Of a stretch of DNA of 64,000 nucleotides, positions 8,560 to 18,730 are shown in pieces. This stretch comes from Candidatus Omnitrophota bacterium (GTDB lineage: Bacteria; Omnitrophota; Gorgyraeia; Gygaellales; Profunditerraquicolaceae), in contig JAOAET010000051.1 in assembly GCA_026416665.1 (NCBI GenBank), forward strand, positions 11,800-75,799, in the 5' to 3' direction. Position 1 is the stretch's first letter; each line of letters opens with the position of its first letter. Below the pieces are notes generated by a model. That model was not told the origin of the DNA. It made no database searches and saw only the letters and a list, made by a program, of their open reading frames with translations. The translations under genes were made by a program, and so were the position numbers.

Positions 8560-10158
8560 CTAATTACTAGTATTACTTGAAGTTATTTCTTGCTTTTCTC
8601 CCTGCTTGATTGCTGGCGAAGTTTCTTTTTGTTCTCTACGAAAGCTTGCCTTTAAGGCACCAGTTAATTCTTGACCTATTCCTACTGTAGTATTAATTAG
8701 CGATTTTGTCAAGTCAGCGGCCGTAGAAAAAGTATCCTTTATTGCCGAAGCAGGCAAACGGATAACCTTGCCTACAGGACTCGGACGAGGTGCTGCTTGA
8801 CTTAAACGCTCTACTAAGGCATTACGAATAACCTGAATACCAAATTCTGGACTATCAAATTTTGTCCTGTAGGTAAAATCTAAAACTATTGCCTCCTGAT
8901 TCTGCTGTCTTAGCATTCCAATGACTTTTTCTGTAAGACGTTCAAGCCGGTCTTTTTGTTCATCCTTCTGCCTTGGTTTAAACTCAAGCTGGGTAAGTTC
9001 AAGTCTACAAAAAGCAGTAACTTCATTATTTACCCCAGTTATATTGCTGGTGAAGTTAAAACGTGCCTTTTGAATCCGTGCTTTCTCTATGTCAACCCAA
9101 GGGCTAAAATATGGCGAAAGTTTAATTGCGTCTAGATTTTTTATGCGAACATTAGCGTTTATGTTACGTCTATAGAAGTTAACCCAACCATCTATTACTA
9201 AAACACCTTTTTCATCTAACTGTGCTGAAGGAATATTTGCCCGGATTTTAAAAAAATTGACTGTATCAGCAGTAACTGGCCAACGAAAGTTTTCAATTAC
9301 AGCGTTTATTTCTTTCAGATTTAACTCAAGTGGCTGTTCACTTATCTTATGATCAACAAATCGTATCTGCCCTTCGGTTAAAATGATTTTCTTTATATAC
9401 AGAGAGTTTATAGGTATATTGCTTAGATTGCTAAGATTTAGACCTTGAATTCTTTTGCGAAACAAAGACAAAGGTACTTGTTCGCTTGAAACAGCCTGCG
9501 AACCCTGTGAGAAAAATTCAGATGAAGTTAAAGTTAGCTTTTGATTATTTTGGTTATCTTCCGGCAATAAAAAATTAGTTTTATTTTGAATTTGTATTTG
9601 AGCCTGCTGTTGTGTTTGACTTCCTGTTAAGTTCATTAGTTGATTTTGCTCTTGGATTTTTGGGGTTACTTGAGATTGCGTTTGTGATTCTCTATAAAAC
9701 TCCTCTCTAACTTTTAAATTTTTTTCTTTTGTGGAAACGGATTCACCAGAAGATACGTCTGTTGATGCAGGCGGTGACTTTACTTGTGTTTCAATATTCT
9801 GGTTTAAGGCGGAGTTTTCTAAATTATTTTGTTGTTTTTTCCGTTCAATTACAAAATCAAGCCCTTCTAAGTTAAGCTCAGATAAAACAATATTTTGTCT
9901 TAACAGACCAATAACGCCAAGACCTGCAGAAAGCTTCTTACAGTAAAACAAGTCATTTACTTTAAGGTCCAAAACCACCAACTTTAAAGGCAATTCCATA
10001 GTGATTGAACCAATCTGAACTCGCCGCCCAAAAAGCCTTTCTAAACGACTGGTGAAAATCTGTGGACCTTTTTTACTTACAAGATAATCTAAAGAAAAAA
10101 AAGCCAATAGTGCTATCACTAAAATGCCAACGGTAAACCAAATTACTACTCTGGTCAT
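8560..10158 (-). CDS. Membrane-anchored AsmA-like / DUF748-like protein with a Gln/Asn-rich low-complexity linker
   Basis: N-terminal TM helix, AsmA-like N- and C-terminal blocks and a central Q/N/S-rich region (~residues 110-230). Confidence 0.5.
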   Translation of the reverse strand: MTRVVIWFTVGILVIALLAFFSLDYLVSKKGPQIFTSRLERLFGRRVQIGSITMELPLKLVVLDLKVNDLFYCKKLSAGLGVIGLLRQNIVLSELNLEGLDFVIERKKQQNNLENSALNQNIETQVKSPPASTDVSSGESVSTKEKNLKVREEFYRESQTQSQVTPKIQEQNQLMNLTGSQTQQQAQIQIQNKTNFLLPEDNQNNQKLTLTSSEFFSQGSQAVSSEQVPLSLFRKRIQGLNLSNLSNIPINSLYIKKIILTEGQIRFVDHKISEQPLELNLKEINAVIENFRWPVTADTVNFFKIRANIPSAQLDEKGVLVIDGWVNFYRRNINANVRIKNLDAIKLSPYFSPWVDIEKARIQKARFNFTSNITGVNNEVTAFCRLELTQLEFKPRQKDEQKDRLERLTEKVIGMLRQQNQEAIVLDFTYRTKFDSPEFGIQVIRNALVERLSQAAPRPSPVGKVIRLPASAIKDTFSTAADLTKSLINTTVGIGQELTGALKASFRREQKETSPAIKQGEKQEITSSNTSN

Positions 10159-10287
10159 TTTTTAAATTTGATTCCAACCCTGGATTAAATGCCTTAAGGC
10201 AGGAAGATGTTGTGGTTCCAAGTTAAAAATTGATGTCTCAAATTATGTCTGCTTCTGATGCTGTTAGGCTTAACGATTCATATATCA

Positions 10288-10361
10288 TGCGCCTGGCAGG
10301 GATTGAACCTGATACCCACTGCTTAGAAGGCAGCTGCTCTATCCAAGTGAGCTACAGGCGC
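10288..10361 (-). tRNA. tRNA-Arg (anticodon UCU)
   Basis: The reverse complement is GCGCCTGTAGCTCACTTGGATAGAGCAGCTGCCTTCTAAGCAGTGGGTATCAGGTTCAATCCCTGCCAGGCGCA. The cloverleaf is resolvable with anticodon loop CTTCTAA. CCA is not encoded. Confidence 0.85.
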
Positions 10362-10373
10362 GCTTACACTACT

Positions 10374-10811
10374 TTACTCTTTTTTCTCTCCGTCAATAAC
10401 AAAATCGCCAGTGCGATTTAAAATCTTTGTAAGATAGAAAAGTGCCTTTTCTATATCGCCTAATTGTCCATAAAAAACGCCTATGTTAAAATTGGCCTCT
10501 TTATAATCAGGGTCAATAGCAAGCGCTGCGTGAAATGCTGCCTCTGCTGCTTGGGTATTACCCATTCTTGCTTGAAGAACCCCCATATTATTATAAACTG
10601 CCTTCATAATATCAGGGCGTTCGCCTCCAAGTAACATCATTGTTTTCTGGTAATGTGCCTTGGCAGTAACAAAATCGCCTGCCTTCTGAGCCCTGACAGC
10701 CTCATTATACCGGGCGAGCCCCTCTTCTACTTTAAAAGAATTCTGGCAGAAAGAAAAAATAGGAAATATCAAAAGAATAATTGTAGTTACCCAGTATATT
10801 TTTGTCTTCAT
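10374..10811 (-). CDS. TPR-repeat protein with a signal peptide
   Basis: N-terminal hydrophobic leader followed by three or four tetratricopeptide-like repeats ('AKAHYQKTMMLL', 'AEAAFHAALAIDPDY'). Confidence 0.6.
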   Translation of the reverse strand: MKTKIYWVTTIILLIFPIFSFCQNSFKVEEGLARYNEAVRAQKAGDFVTAKAHYQKTMMLLGGERPDIMKAVYNNMGVLQARMGNTQAAEAAFHAALAIDPDYKEANFNIGVFYGQLGDIEKALFYLTKILNRTGDFVIDGEKKE

Positions 10812-10962
10812 GACTTCACCCCTTTCTTTATAAAAATATCCAGAATAAATCCTTGCCTTATGAAGAAAACATTATTCTTTTAAAGCCAAAACCTGTTATT
10901 TTTTTATGAAGAACTTCCCTTAAAAGAATTAGTTTAACTTGTATTTTTAAAATACTGTTTTT

Positions 10963-11041
10963 TGGTCGGGGCGGACAGACTTGAACTGTCGACCTCTTGC
11001 TCCCAAAGCAAGCGCTCTAAGCCAAACTGAGCCACGCCCCG
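10963..11041 (-). tRNA. tRNA-Pro (anticodon UGG)
   Basis: The reverse complement is CGGGGCGTGGCTCAGTTTGGCTTAGAGCGCTTGCTTTGGGAGCAAGAGGTCGACAGTTCAAGTCTGTCCGCCCCGACCA. C1-G72 pair, perfect T-stem GACAG/CTGTC, anticodon loop TTTGGGA, encoded CCA. Confidence 0.85.
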
Positions 11042-11047
11042 TTGACT

Positions 11048-11671
11048 TCAATTATAACAATGCTTGTTTTCTTTCTCAATATATTTCTCTAATAACTGTT
11101 TTACCTTTTTTAAAGCCTTAAAACGATGACTGATTTTATGCTTCACTGAGATAGGCAGTTCTCCAAAAGTTTTACCAAAACGCCTGATAAGAAATAAAGG
11201 GTCATAACCAAATCCGTTTTTTCCACGAGGTTCTTTTGCTATACGACCATAACATCTACCCTCTACCACACCAATAAGTCCATTTTTATCTGCTAAAGCT
11301 ATAGCACAGACATAATAGGCACGTCGCTTTTTTTCAGGGACATCCTTTAACTGCTGCAGAAGTTTTTGGTTATTCTTCTCATCACTCTTATTTCTTCCGC
11401 TGTAGCGGGCAGAACGCACCCCCGGAGCACCACCTAAGGCATCCACACAAAGACCAGAATCCTCTCCCATAGTCAACATCCCAGTTTTAGCTGCAACAGT
11501 GGTAGCTTTTTTAATAGCATTTTCCTTAAATGTCTGGCCGTCTTCACGGATATAGATGGGTTTATTAATATCCGCTAGAGAAATAATTTTACAAGGCATA
11601 TCACGCATAATCTGTTTAATCTCACGCAGTTTTTTCTGATTTTTTGTAGCAACCAACAGAGTAATTCTCAT
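11048..11671 (-). CDS. rdgB: Non-canonical purine NTP pyrophosphatase (RdgB/HAM1 family)
   Basis: 'LVATKNQKKLREI' N-terminus and the 'GFGYDPLF...KISHR' C-terminal signature. Confidence 0.8.
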   Translation of the reverse strand: MRITLLVATKNQKKLREIKQIMRDMPCKIISLADINKPIYIREDGQTFKENAIKKATTVAAKTGMLTMGEDSGLCVDALGGAPGVRSARYSGRNKSDEKNNQKLLQQLKDVPEKKRRAYYVCAIALADKNGLIGVVEGRCYGRIAKEPRGKNGFGYDPLFLIRRFGKTFGELPISVKHKISHRFKALKKVKQLLEKYIEKENKHCYN

Positions 11672-12388
11672 TTATTTAATTATATCTTTAAGGGTCTTTT
11701 TTTGTAAGGCAATAAGTTGACGGATCCCTTTTTCTGCTAATTCTATTAATTCATCCATATGAGATTTTTTAAAGGTTGCCCGTTCTCCTGTGCCCTGTAA
11801 TTCAATGAATTCACCGCTTCCTGTCATTACCACATTCATATCTACGTCTGCCTGCGAGTCCTCTTCGTAGGTTAAGTCTAAAATTGGAGTGTGAGCTAAA
11901 ATCCCTACACTAGTTGCTGCTACAAAATCCTTAACCGGCAATGACTTAATTAAACCTTTTTCTTTTAATCTCGCTAATGCCTCAACCAGTGCGACAAAAC
12001 TTCCAGTAATAGAAGCAGTGCGTGTGCCTCCATCTGCTTGAAGCACATCACAATCAATCCAGATGCTCCGCTCACCGAGCTTCTTTAAATCTATTACTGC
12101 TCTTAATGCCCTACCTACCAAACGTTGAATCTCAAAGGCTCTACCGCTATCTTTGTTACGTAGAATGCGACTCTGACAGGAACGTGGCAGCATACCATAT
12201 TCAGCAGTAACCCAACCCGAACCTGTTCCTTTTAAAAATTGTGGCACATTTTCATCTACAGAAGCAGTGCAGATAACTTTAGTATCACCGCATTCAATAA
12301 GACAGGAACCTTCTGCAAATTTATTTACGTGTCTTGTTATAGTTACTGCTCGTAACTGGTCTGCTAAACGCCCATCTTTTCTTTTCAT
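11672..12388 (-). CDS. rph: Ribonuclease PH
   Basis: '[42 protein letters not shown]' and '[18 protein letters not shown]'. The ORF-track start at 12436 overlaps the upstream gene; the Met at 12388 is the likely start. Confidence 0.85.
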   Translation of the reverse strand: MKRKDGRLADQLRAVTITRHVNKFAEGSCLIECGDTKVICTASVDENVPQFLKGTGSGWVTAEYGMLPRSCQSRILRNKDSGRAFEIQRLVGRALRAVIDLKKLGERSIWIDCDVLQADGGTRTASITGSFVALVEALARLKEKGLIKSLPVKDFVAATSVGILAHTPILDLTYEEDSQADVDMNVVMTGSGEFIELQGTGERATFKKSHMDELIELAEKGIRQLIALQKKTLKDIIK

Positions 12389-12425
12389 ATTAACCCCTTC
12401 TTCCTCTTTAACAAATAAAATATAT

Positions 12426-13856
12426 CTACTCGGCAACTATAATCTTGTTTTTTCCTTCTTTTTTAGCACGATAAAGTGCCTTGTCTGCTGTCTCAATAAA
12501 CTGCTCTTTGGTCATTTGCTCCTTAAATTCTGCAATTCCACCTGAGACAGTAAGCCGAATTACCTGATTTGTTAAAGCATTACGTAAATTCATTTCCGAA
12601 ATTGTCTTCTTTATTTTGTCTGCAACTACTTTACAACCGTGGCTGTTTGTAACAGGCAGAATTATGGCTATTTCGTCTCCGCCATAACGACAAGGGATAT
12701 CAATCTGCCGCACATTCTCTCGTATAATTGTTGCTACATGTTTTAATACACGGTCACCTTCTAGATGTCCAAAGCGGTCATTGTATTCTTTAAAACCATC
12801 TATATCAAAAATGATAATACTTAAGGGATGTTGGAATCGCTTTGCACGCAGAATCTCAAGAGTTAGTTCTTCGTGAAAATAACGGTGATTATATAAACCA
12901 GTTAAAGCATCAGTTACTGCTAAAGAAGCTAACTTCTCACAGAGTCGGATATTCTCTATTTGATTTACTGCCTGATGTGCAAGCAATGTTAGATAACGAA
13001 GGTCATCTTCTGTAAAAACATCCATCTGAGCAATTTTTTCTGTTACATTCATTACACCTACGACGCGGTTGTCTGCTTTAAGCGGTAGAGAAATAAACGA
13101 TTTAGTCCGATATTGCCCCTGCCGAAGACGTTGACAAAAACGCGGATCACTGTCAATATCACGCACAATCAAAGCTTCTGCCTGTTTCGCAACCCAACCC
13201 GCAATTAACTGCCCAATTTTGATACGCAGACCTTTGGTCTTATTATCTGTCGTCCCCTTTATACCTCTGATTACTAATTCTTGTGTTTCTTCATCAACAA
13301 ACATTACCGAAGCACGTTCTGCCTCTGCTATCGCCAAGGCCTGGTCTGCTAAAAAATCTGCCAACTCATCTAAATTATACATCTGGCTCATCCGTCTATA
13401 CGCTGCAGTAATAATCTCTAGTTTAACCTTTTCTTTCTCCAGCTGTTCAATAAGTTGATAATTATGTAACGTCAAACGCTGTTTCTCTAGACTTCTTCTT
13501 ATCACCAGCTTTAAGTGGTCAAAATCAAAAGGTTTAATCAGATAATCATATGCCCCAACTTTAAGCGCTTCTATTGCTGAAGAGATAGTGGCGAAACCCG
13601 TAAGAATTATAAAACTAGTTAATGGCGAAATGTGGTTAAGGGCGCGCATTAGTTCTATGCCTTGAATATCAGGAAGCACTAAATCCAAAATTGCCAGATT
13701 AAAACGTTGTTTCTTAGCCAGTTCTATTGCAGTTGCACCTTTCTGAGCAGTTACTACCACATAAGGTTCGTCACTTAACCCTGCTTTAATATGCTCAGCA
13801 ATAATTTTATCATCATCTACAATCAAAATATAATCTTTACTGTTGTCCTGCTCCAT
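12426..13856 (-). CDS. Response regulator receiver–GAF–GGDEF diguanylate cyclase
   Basis: Receiver motifs 'ILIVDDD...LDLVLPD', a central GAF-like region, and a C-terminal GGDEF domain '[12 protein letters not shown]' with I-site-like RxxD. Confidence 0.8.
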   Translation of the reverse strand: MEQDNSKDYILIVDDDKIIAEHIKAGLSDEPYVVVTAQKGATAIELAKKQRFNLAILDLVLPDIQGIELMRALNHISPLTSFIILTGFATISSAIEALKVGAYDYLIKPFDFDHLKLVIRRSLEKQRLTLHNYQLIEQLEKEKVKLEIITAAYRRMSQMYNLDELADFLADQALAIAEAERASVMFVDEETQELVIRGIKGTTDNKTKGLRIKIGQLIAGWVAKQAEALIVRDIDSDPRFCQRLRQGQYRTKSFISLPLKADNRVVGVMNVTEKIAQMDVFTEDDLRYLTLLAHQAVNQIENIRLCEKLASLAVTDALTGLYNHRYFHEELTLEILRAKRFQHPLSIIIFDIDGFKEYNDRFGHLEGDRVLKHVATIIRENVRQIDIPCRYGGDEIAIILPVTNSHGCKVVADKIKKTISEMNLRNALTNQVIRLTVSGGIAEFKEQMTKEQFIETADKALYRAKKEGKNKIIVAE

Positions 13857-13877
13857 AATTTTACCTCTACATAAAAT

Positions 13878-15797
13878 TTAAGACGAAGAAGATTGAGGTT
13901 GTATTGTTGAACGCTCAATAGGTAAAATAATAATAAATGTCGTGCCTTGACCCGGCTCAGAAAAAACCTGAATTGTTCCGTTGTGTTCCTTAATTATATT
14001 TTGAGTAAGACATAATCCTAAACCAAGTCCTCTATTTTTAGTAGTAAAAAATGGCGTAAAAATATTATTTAGGACTTCCTTAGACATACCAATTCCTGTA
14101 TCTACAATTTTAATGTGAACATACCCCTGCTGTTCATAAGTAAAAAGTCCTAACCTGCCTGCTTCAGGCATTGCTTGTATTGCATTTACCAAAATATTAT
14201 GAACCGCCTCACGTAATTGCAAACCGTCTGCCTGAATATGCGGCAGGTTATGTTGAAACTCTTTATCTACACGAATTTTGTTGTTCCGTAAGGCATCCTT
14301 TAATTTCGCATCAGATAGAAGACTCTCTAAAAGATAATTGACATCCACATCGGTAAAAATAAGTTTTTTAGGATAACTAAATCTTAAAACATTGTCAATA
14401 GTTTGACTGGCTGATGTCAAACTTTCTTCAATACAATTAAGCAAAGAGACAAACTGCGGTGCCTCTTTCGCAAGCTTTGTCTTAAGATTGTAAAGGGAGG
14501 TGCGTATCTCCGCAAAATTATTTCGCAGTTCATGGCTTACTGAGGTTGCCATACGTCCCATTGCCGCCATTCGTTCATATTCAACTAGTTGCTTTTGCGC
14601 TGCCTCAAGTTGTTGGGAACTTTCCCAGACTTTGGTTTCAAGCTGGCGAACATTATGTGAACAGGATTCAAGTTGTTTCATAGTATCCATTAACCGCTGC
14701 ATTGTCTTATTAAAAAATTCTGCTAACTCCTGCAACTCATCACCAGAATTTATTTCAATTTGATGGGTAAAATCCCCTCGGACAAAGGCCTCAATGCCCC
14801 AATAAAGTTTATTCACAGAAGTTACAATAGCCCCACCATTAATAATACCTATAAGCAGGGAAAAACAGCAGGAGATAACCACAGCAATTATAAAAAGCTT
14901 GGTTAATTCATTACGCTGGGCAAAGATACTCTTTTCTGGTAAGCCCACACCAAGAATACCTATTGGCTGGTTGTTTACATCATAAAGAGGTGTGTAACTG
15001 GCATGGTAACTTTCTCCTGCAACATTAATTTTCCCTATATATTCTTTTCGCTGGTCTAAAATAGTTCTGACGGTTGCCTGAGGTAGCCTACCTCCCAATG
15101 CCTTCTGCGGTAGCCGAAAAGGAACATTTGAACAAATACGCATATCACCTAAGAAAATACTTGCTACAAGGTCAGTGGCGTGTGTAATTTTATCAATAAC
15201 TAACGAATTGTTATTAAGTAGATATCCTGCAGTCATTGTCCCGACAATAATCTCATTATTGTTTATTACTGGAAGTGTGGCGCGCATAACTAAACCACGA
15301 ACCGCTTGGGTATCATCAATCTGAGCCTTTTCTTTAAGATTAAATTTCTCTAACATATCCTGTTCCCAAACCTCTGTGCCTACAACCATTTGACCGCGCA
15401 ATGCCTTACGAATGTAATAATCACTAGCTAAGTCTTTTTCCTCCAACTGAGGATTAGTTATAGAAACAATAACTTTGCCAAATCTATCAGTAACTACAAA
15501 AAAATCCAAGTTATAAGTTTTAATTACTTTCTGGTATTCGTTCTTCAAAAGGTCAAGTTGGTCTTCTGCCATCAAGGTGTATACCCTGCGGTTCTGATCA
15601 CGGATGATAAACTTAAGATTATCAAGCTGGCTTTGATAAACCGCTTTAGCTATCAGTAAGTGATTCATCAAACGTTGTTCTGCTGAGATAACCGCAAAAC
15701 GGTGTAATAAAATAACCGAAATAATCCCTACTGAAACTAAAGGAACAAGCGAACTCAATAGTAGAGTCTTAAATAATTTAATCTGTAGCTTCTTCAT
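13878..15797 (-). CDS. Sensor histidine kinase with periplasmic Cache-like sensor, HAMP, HisKA and HATPase domains
   Basis: Two TM segments flanking a ~270-aa periplasmic domain. HAMP 'FVRGDFTHQIEINSGDELQELAEFFN', H-box 'SVSHELRNNFAEI', and G-boxes 'DTGIGM' and 'GLGLGLCL'. Confidence 0.8.
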   Translation of the reverse strand: MKKLQIKLFKTLLLSSLVPLVSVGIISVILLHRFAVISAEQRLMNHLLIAKAVYQSQLDNLKFIIRDQNRRVYTLMAEDQLDLLKNEYQKVIKTYNLDFFVVTDRFGKVIVSITNPQLEEKDLASDYYIRKALRGQMVVGTEVWEQDMLEKFNLKEKAQIDDTQAVRGLVMRATLPVINNNEIIVGTMTAGYLLNNNSLVIDKITHATDLVASIFLGDMRICSNVPFRLPQKALGGRLPQATVRTILDQRKEYIGKINVAGESYHASYTPLYDVNNQPIGILGVGLPEKSIFAQRNELTKLFIIAVVISCCFSLLIGIINGGAIVTSVNKLYWGIEAFVRGDFTHQIEINSGDELQELAEFFNKTMQRLMDTMKQLESCSHNVRQLETKVWESSQQLEAAQKQLVEYERMAAMGRMATSVSHELRNNFAEIRTSLYNLKTKLAKEAPQFVSLLNCIEESLTSASQTIDNVLRFSYPKKLIFTDVDVNYLLESLLSDAKLKDALRNNKIRVDKEFQHNLPHIQADGLQLREAVHNILVNAIQAMPEAGRLGLFTYEQQGYVHIKIVDTGIGMSKEVLNNIFTPFFTTKNRGLGLGLCLTQNIIKEHNGTIQVFSEPGQGTTFIIILPIERSTIQPQSSSS

Positions 15798-16344
15798 TGT
15801 TTTTTGGTCGATTGTTTAGCTTAGGAAAAATTGTCCCGGCATAGCTGTCAATAGCTACCCAAAGAGGCATCTTCTCTACTTTTAACCGATAAATTGCCTC
15901 TGGCCCTAAATCCTTAAATGCTATTGGAGATACTTCTTTTACAAAGGTAGATAACAACGCTCCGCAACCCGCCGGAGCAACTAAATACACTGCCTTGTAT
16001 TCTTTTATTGCCTTACGCACAAATTCTGAACGGTTACCTTTACCTATCATCACCGCTAAACCTTGTCGTAATAATAGAGGGGTAAAATCATCCATACGCC
16101 CAGACGTCGTAGGTCCACAAGAACCGATTATTTTTCCTTTAGGTGTTTTAGTTGGTCCGCAATAATATATTGCCTGTCCTTCTAAAACCAAAGGCAGTTT
16201 CTCTCCTCGGAGTATCATCTGGTAAAGCCTCTTGTGTGCCTGGTCGCGAGCAGTATAAATAAACCCACTTAACAATACTTGTTCTCCTGCCCTAAGTTTT
16301 TCTAAAGATTTCTTAGAAGTAGGGGTAGTTAGTTCTTTTACCAT
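15778..16344 (-). CDS. fumB: Class I (Fe-S) fumarate hydratase / L(+)-tartrate dehydratase beta subunit
   Basis: 'LLSGFIYTARDQAHKRL' and 'YYCGPTKTPKGKIIGSCGPTTSGRMD' signatures of the C-terminal domain of Fe-S hydro-lyases. Confidence 0.8.
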   Translation of the reverse strand: MVKELTTPTSKKSLEKLRAGEQVLLSGFIYTARDQAHKRLYQMILRGEKLPLVLEGQAIYYCGPTKTPKGKIIGSCGPTTSGRMDDFTPLLLRQGLAVMIGKGNRSEFVRKAIKEYKAVYLVAPAGCGALLSTFVKEVSPIAFKDLGPEAIYRLKVEKMPLWVAIDSYAGTIFPKLNNRPKNNEEATD

Positions 16345-16350
16345 AATAAA

Positions 16351-17412
16351 TCACAATGCAAAATCCTTTTCTATTGCTTTTTGAAACAACTCTTGGAGTT
16401 GCTTCTCATCTTGTACTAACGTCGCATCCTGAACTTCTTTAGGTAAAGTTATTTTTTGATTAGGGTATTCTTCTGTCTGATGTGCTATAAGTGTTGCCTT
16501 TATTGGCTCTGATATCCCTTGCATCTGTAAAGTAACTTCTATTGAGGCAGTAGAACCTAAAGGAAGAAAGCTATTTTTATCAATATAGTTTCTTGCTTGA
16601 AAAGAATTGACGGTAATCTGCAAAACTTGTCCTGATTGCTGACTAGCATAATCTTTAATAGTCTGCTCTAGCAGTTTTTTAAAATCAGGATTATTTACCT
16701 CTATTTCGTAAACCGCTTTACCCTGCCAATCCTTTTCCTGAATCTGTCCCATGAATGCGCCACTGCTAAACTCTTCTGATTGTATAAGAGAAAATAAAGG
16801 CCCCAATGCCTGCTGTAGTTCTTGAGGCATAGTTTTAAGAAATGCTTCTCTGTCTTCTACAGTTCCTTTACGTAGTTTCTCTAGTAACTGCCACATTACT
16901 TCAAAGGAAGGTTGATTGATACGATACCAACTATTATCTATAACCATATATAGATTGGAACCAACCATATATTGTTCAGTCTTCTTACCTTTTAATTTTT
17001 CTGCCATCAATGAAAACTGCTTTTCCATTACCACTGATACAGTAGGATCATCCTCAATTTTCTTTAACTGCTCTTCGGAAAGTCCCTGTGCACTGCCTTG
17101 CTTAAGAGCGGTCTGACGGGCCAGTTGCATCATTGTCTTGGTGTCAAAGTTATAGTCTTTTATCTGTACAACTGTATGCATTATCCGATTAGGAATGTCG
17201 GTTTCCTGGATTTGTTCTGTCTTAATATTAAAAAGTCCCTGCATTGCCAATTCTTGGACAACTACTGACCTCTGAAAGTTTACTGTGCGGATTGCTTCCT
17301 GCATCTTGTCTAAAATTAATTTTTTATCCACTGCCTGCTCTGTTGCAAACACTAAAGTTTGAATAACAAGTATCAGAAAACCTATTACCCAAAAAACTTT
17401 TTTAAACCTCAT
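16351..17412 (-). CDS. Secreted hypothetical protein inserted between the fumarase alpha and beta subunit genes
   Basis: Signal peptide 'MRFKKVFWVIGFLILVIQTLVFA'. No recognisable motifs. Likely start at the Met at 17412 rather than 17457. Confidence 0.5.
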   Translation of the reverse strand: MRFKKVFWVIGFLILVIQTLVFATEQAVDKKLILDKMQEAIRTVNFQRSVVVQELAMQGLFNIKTEQIQETDIPNRIMHTVVQIKDYNFDTKTMMQLARQTALKQGSAQGLSEEQLKKIEDDPTVSVVMEKQFSLMAEKLKGKKTEQYMVGSNLYMVIDNSWYRINQPSFEVMWQLLEKLRKGTVEDREAFLKTMPQELQQALGPLFSLIQSEEFSSGAFMGQIQEKDWQGKAVYEIEVNNPDFKKLLEQTIKDYASQQSGQVLQITVNSFQARNYIDKNSFLPLGSTASIEVTLQMQGISEPIKATLIAHQTEEYPNQKITLPKEVQDATLVQDEKQLQELFQKAIEKDFAL

Positions 17413-17425
17413 TCTCCCTCCTTTT

Positions 17426-18298
17426 TTAAATATCTGCTTCTGCACTGCGCAAGGCATGGCAACTTATATTTACACATACAGGTAAACCAGCAATATGAGT
17501 AGCTGCCTTTTCTATTTTTACCGCCAGAGCAGTTGTTTTCCCACCTAACCCCATTGGTCCAATTCCCAAGCGGTTTATTTTCTTTAATAAAGTATCTTCT
17601 AAATTGGCTAAAACAGAATCACTATTTCTATGATTTAAAGGACGAAGAAGCGCTTTTTTAGCGATAAAACAGGCGTAATCGGCAGTTCCCCCAATACCTA
17701 CACCCACAATATAAGGAGGACAGGCATCAGCACCGGCACAAGAAACTGTTTCAATAATAAAGGCAATTATTTCCTCTTTACTTGCGGTGGGAAGAAACAT
17801 TTTCAACCTCGTTTTGTTCTCACAACCAAATCCTTTCGGCAAAACTATGATATGTAAACGTCTGCCACCTGTTATTTCTGTATGAACGAGGGGTATACTT
17901 GATGCTGGCGTGGCTCTTTCTAAAGGATCAATAACAACAGAATCTCTGAAATACCCACGCCGGTAACCTTCCATTACTCCCGAAGAGACTGCTTTATACA
18001 AATTACCATCCACATGGACATTACTGCCGATTTCTATAAATACAGAAGGTAGCCCTGTATCTTGACAAATAGCCAACTTCTCTGAACGCGCAATTTGAGC
18101 ATTATCCAAAATTTGCTTTAAACATATACGCGCACGCTGGTTTTTTTCTTTAGCCAACGCCTTGTTCAGAGCTATAATTACATCCTTACGTAAGAGAGTG
18201 TTGGCTTGAAGACATAAATTACCCACTGTCTGTTGAATCACTCTCGCAGGAATAATCCTAATTTTTTGGAATTCTTCATCGTTTTTTAGGGAAACCAT
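17426..18298 (-). CDS. fumA: Class I (Fe-S) fumarate hydratase / tartrate dehydratase alpha subunit
   Basis: 'CQDTGLPSVFIEIG' and 'CPPYIVGVGIGGT' Fe-S hydro-lyase alpha-domain motifs, including Cys ligands. Confidence 0.8.
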   Translation of the reverse strand: MVSLKNDEEFQKIRIIPARVIQQTVGNLCLQANTLLRKDVIIALNKALAKEKNQRARICLKQILDNAQIARSEKLAICQDTGLPSVFIEIGSNVHVDGNLYKAVSSGVMEGYRRGYFRDSVVIDPLERATPASSIPLVHTEITGGRRLHIIVLPKGFGCENKTRLKMFLPTASKEEIIAFIIETVSCAGADACPPYIVGVGIGGTADYACFIAKKALLRPLNHRNSDSVLANLEDTLLKKINRLGIGPMGLGGKTTALAVKIEKAATHIAGLPVCVNISCHALRSAEADI

Positions 18299-18677
18299 AT
18301 TGGCACTCTACAGTAGTAGTTATTCCTCCGCGAGGATTAAACACTCCTTTTATCTTTACCCAACGTGGTTTGACTGCTTTTACAAAATCTTCTAAGATGC
18401 GATTAATTACATGTTCATGAAAAATACCCACATTTCTAAAGAAAATAGTATACATTTTAAATGACTTTAATTCTACGCACCACTTGTTAGGAGAATACTC
18501 AATGGTGATAGTAGCAAAATCAGGAAGACCAGTTTTCGGACAAATACAGGTAAATTCCGGAATCTCCAATAAAACTGAATAATGCTTATCGGGATACTGA
18601 TTCTTCCATACCTCAATAGGTGGTGTCTTTAGATTTCTAATATTTTCTTGTAGACCCTCGTAACTTGATTTTTTCAT
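18276..18677 (-). CDS. queF: NADPH-dependent 7-cyano-7-deazaguanine (preQ0) reductase, unimodular type
   Basis: 'EFTCICPKTGLPDFATITIEY' (catalytic Cys) and the QueF motif 'ELKSFKMY'. Confidence 0.85.
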   Translation of the reverse strand: MKKSSYEGLQENIRNLKTPPIEVWKNQYPDKHYSVLLEIPEFTCICPKTGLPDFATITIEYSPNKWCVELKSFKMYTIFFRNVGIFHEHVINRILEDFVKAVKPRWVKIKGVFNPRGGITTTVECQYGFPKKR

Positions 18678-18730
18678 TATTCTTTCTCCAAGGCTCTATT
18701 AATATAAAAGATAGTTGCTGTTGCTTTTCG

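Noticed and set aside
10230-10421. 63-aa plus-strand ORF at the tRNA-Arg locus
   Set aside because: It overlaps a well-folded tRNA on the opposite strand. It is a spurious ORF.
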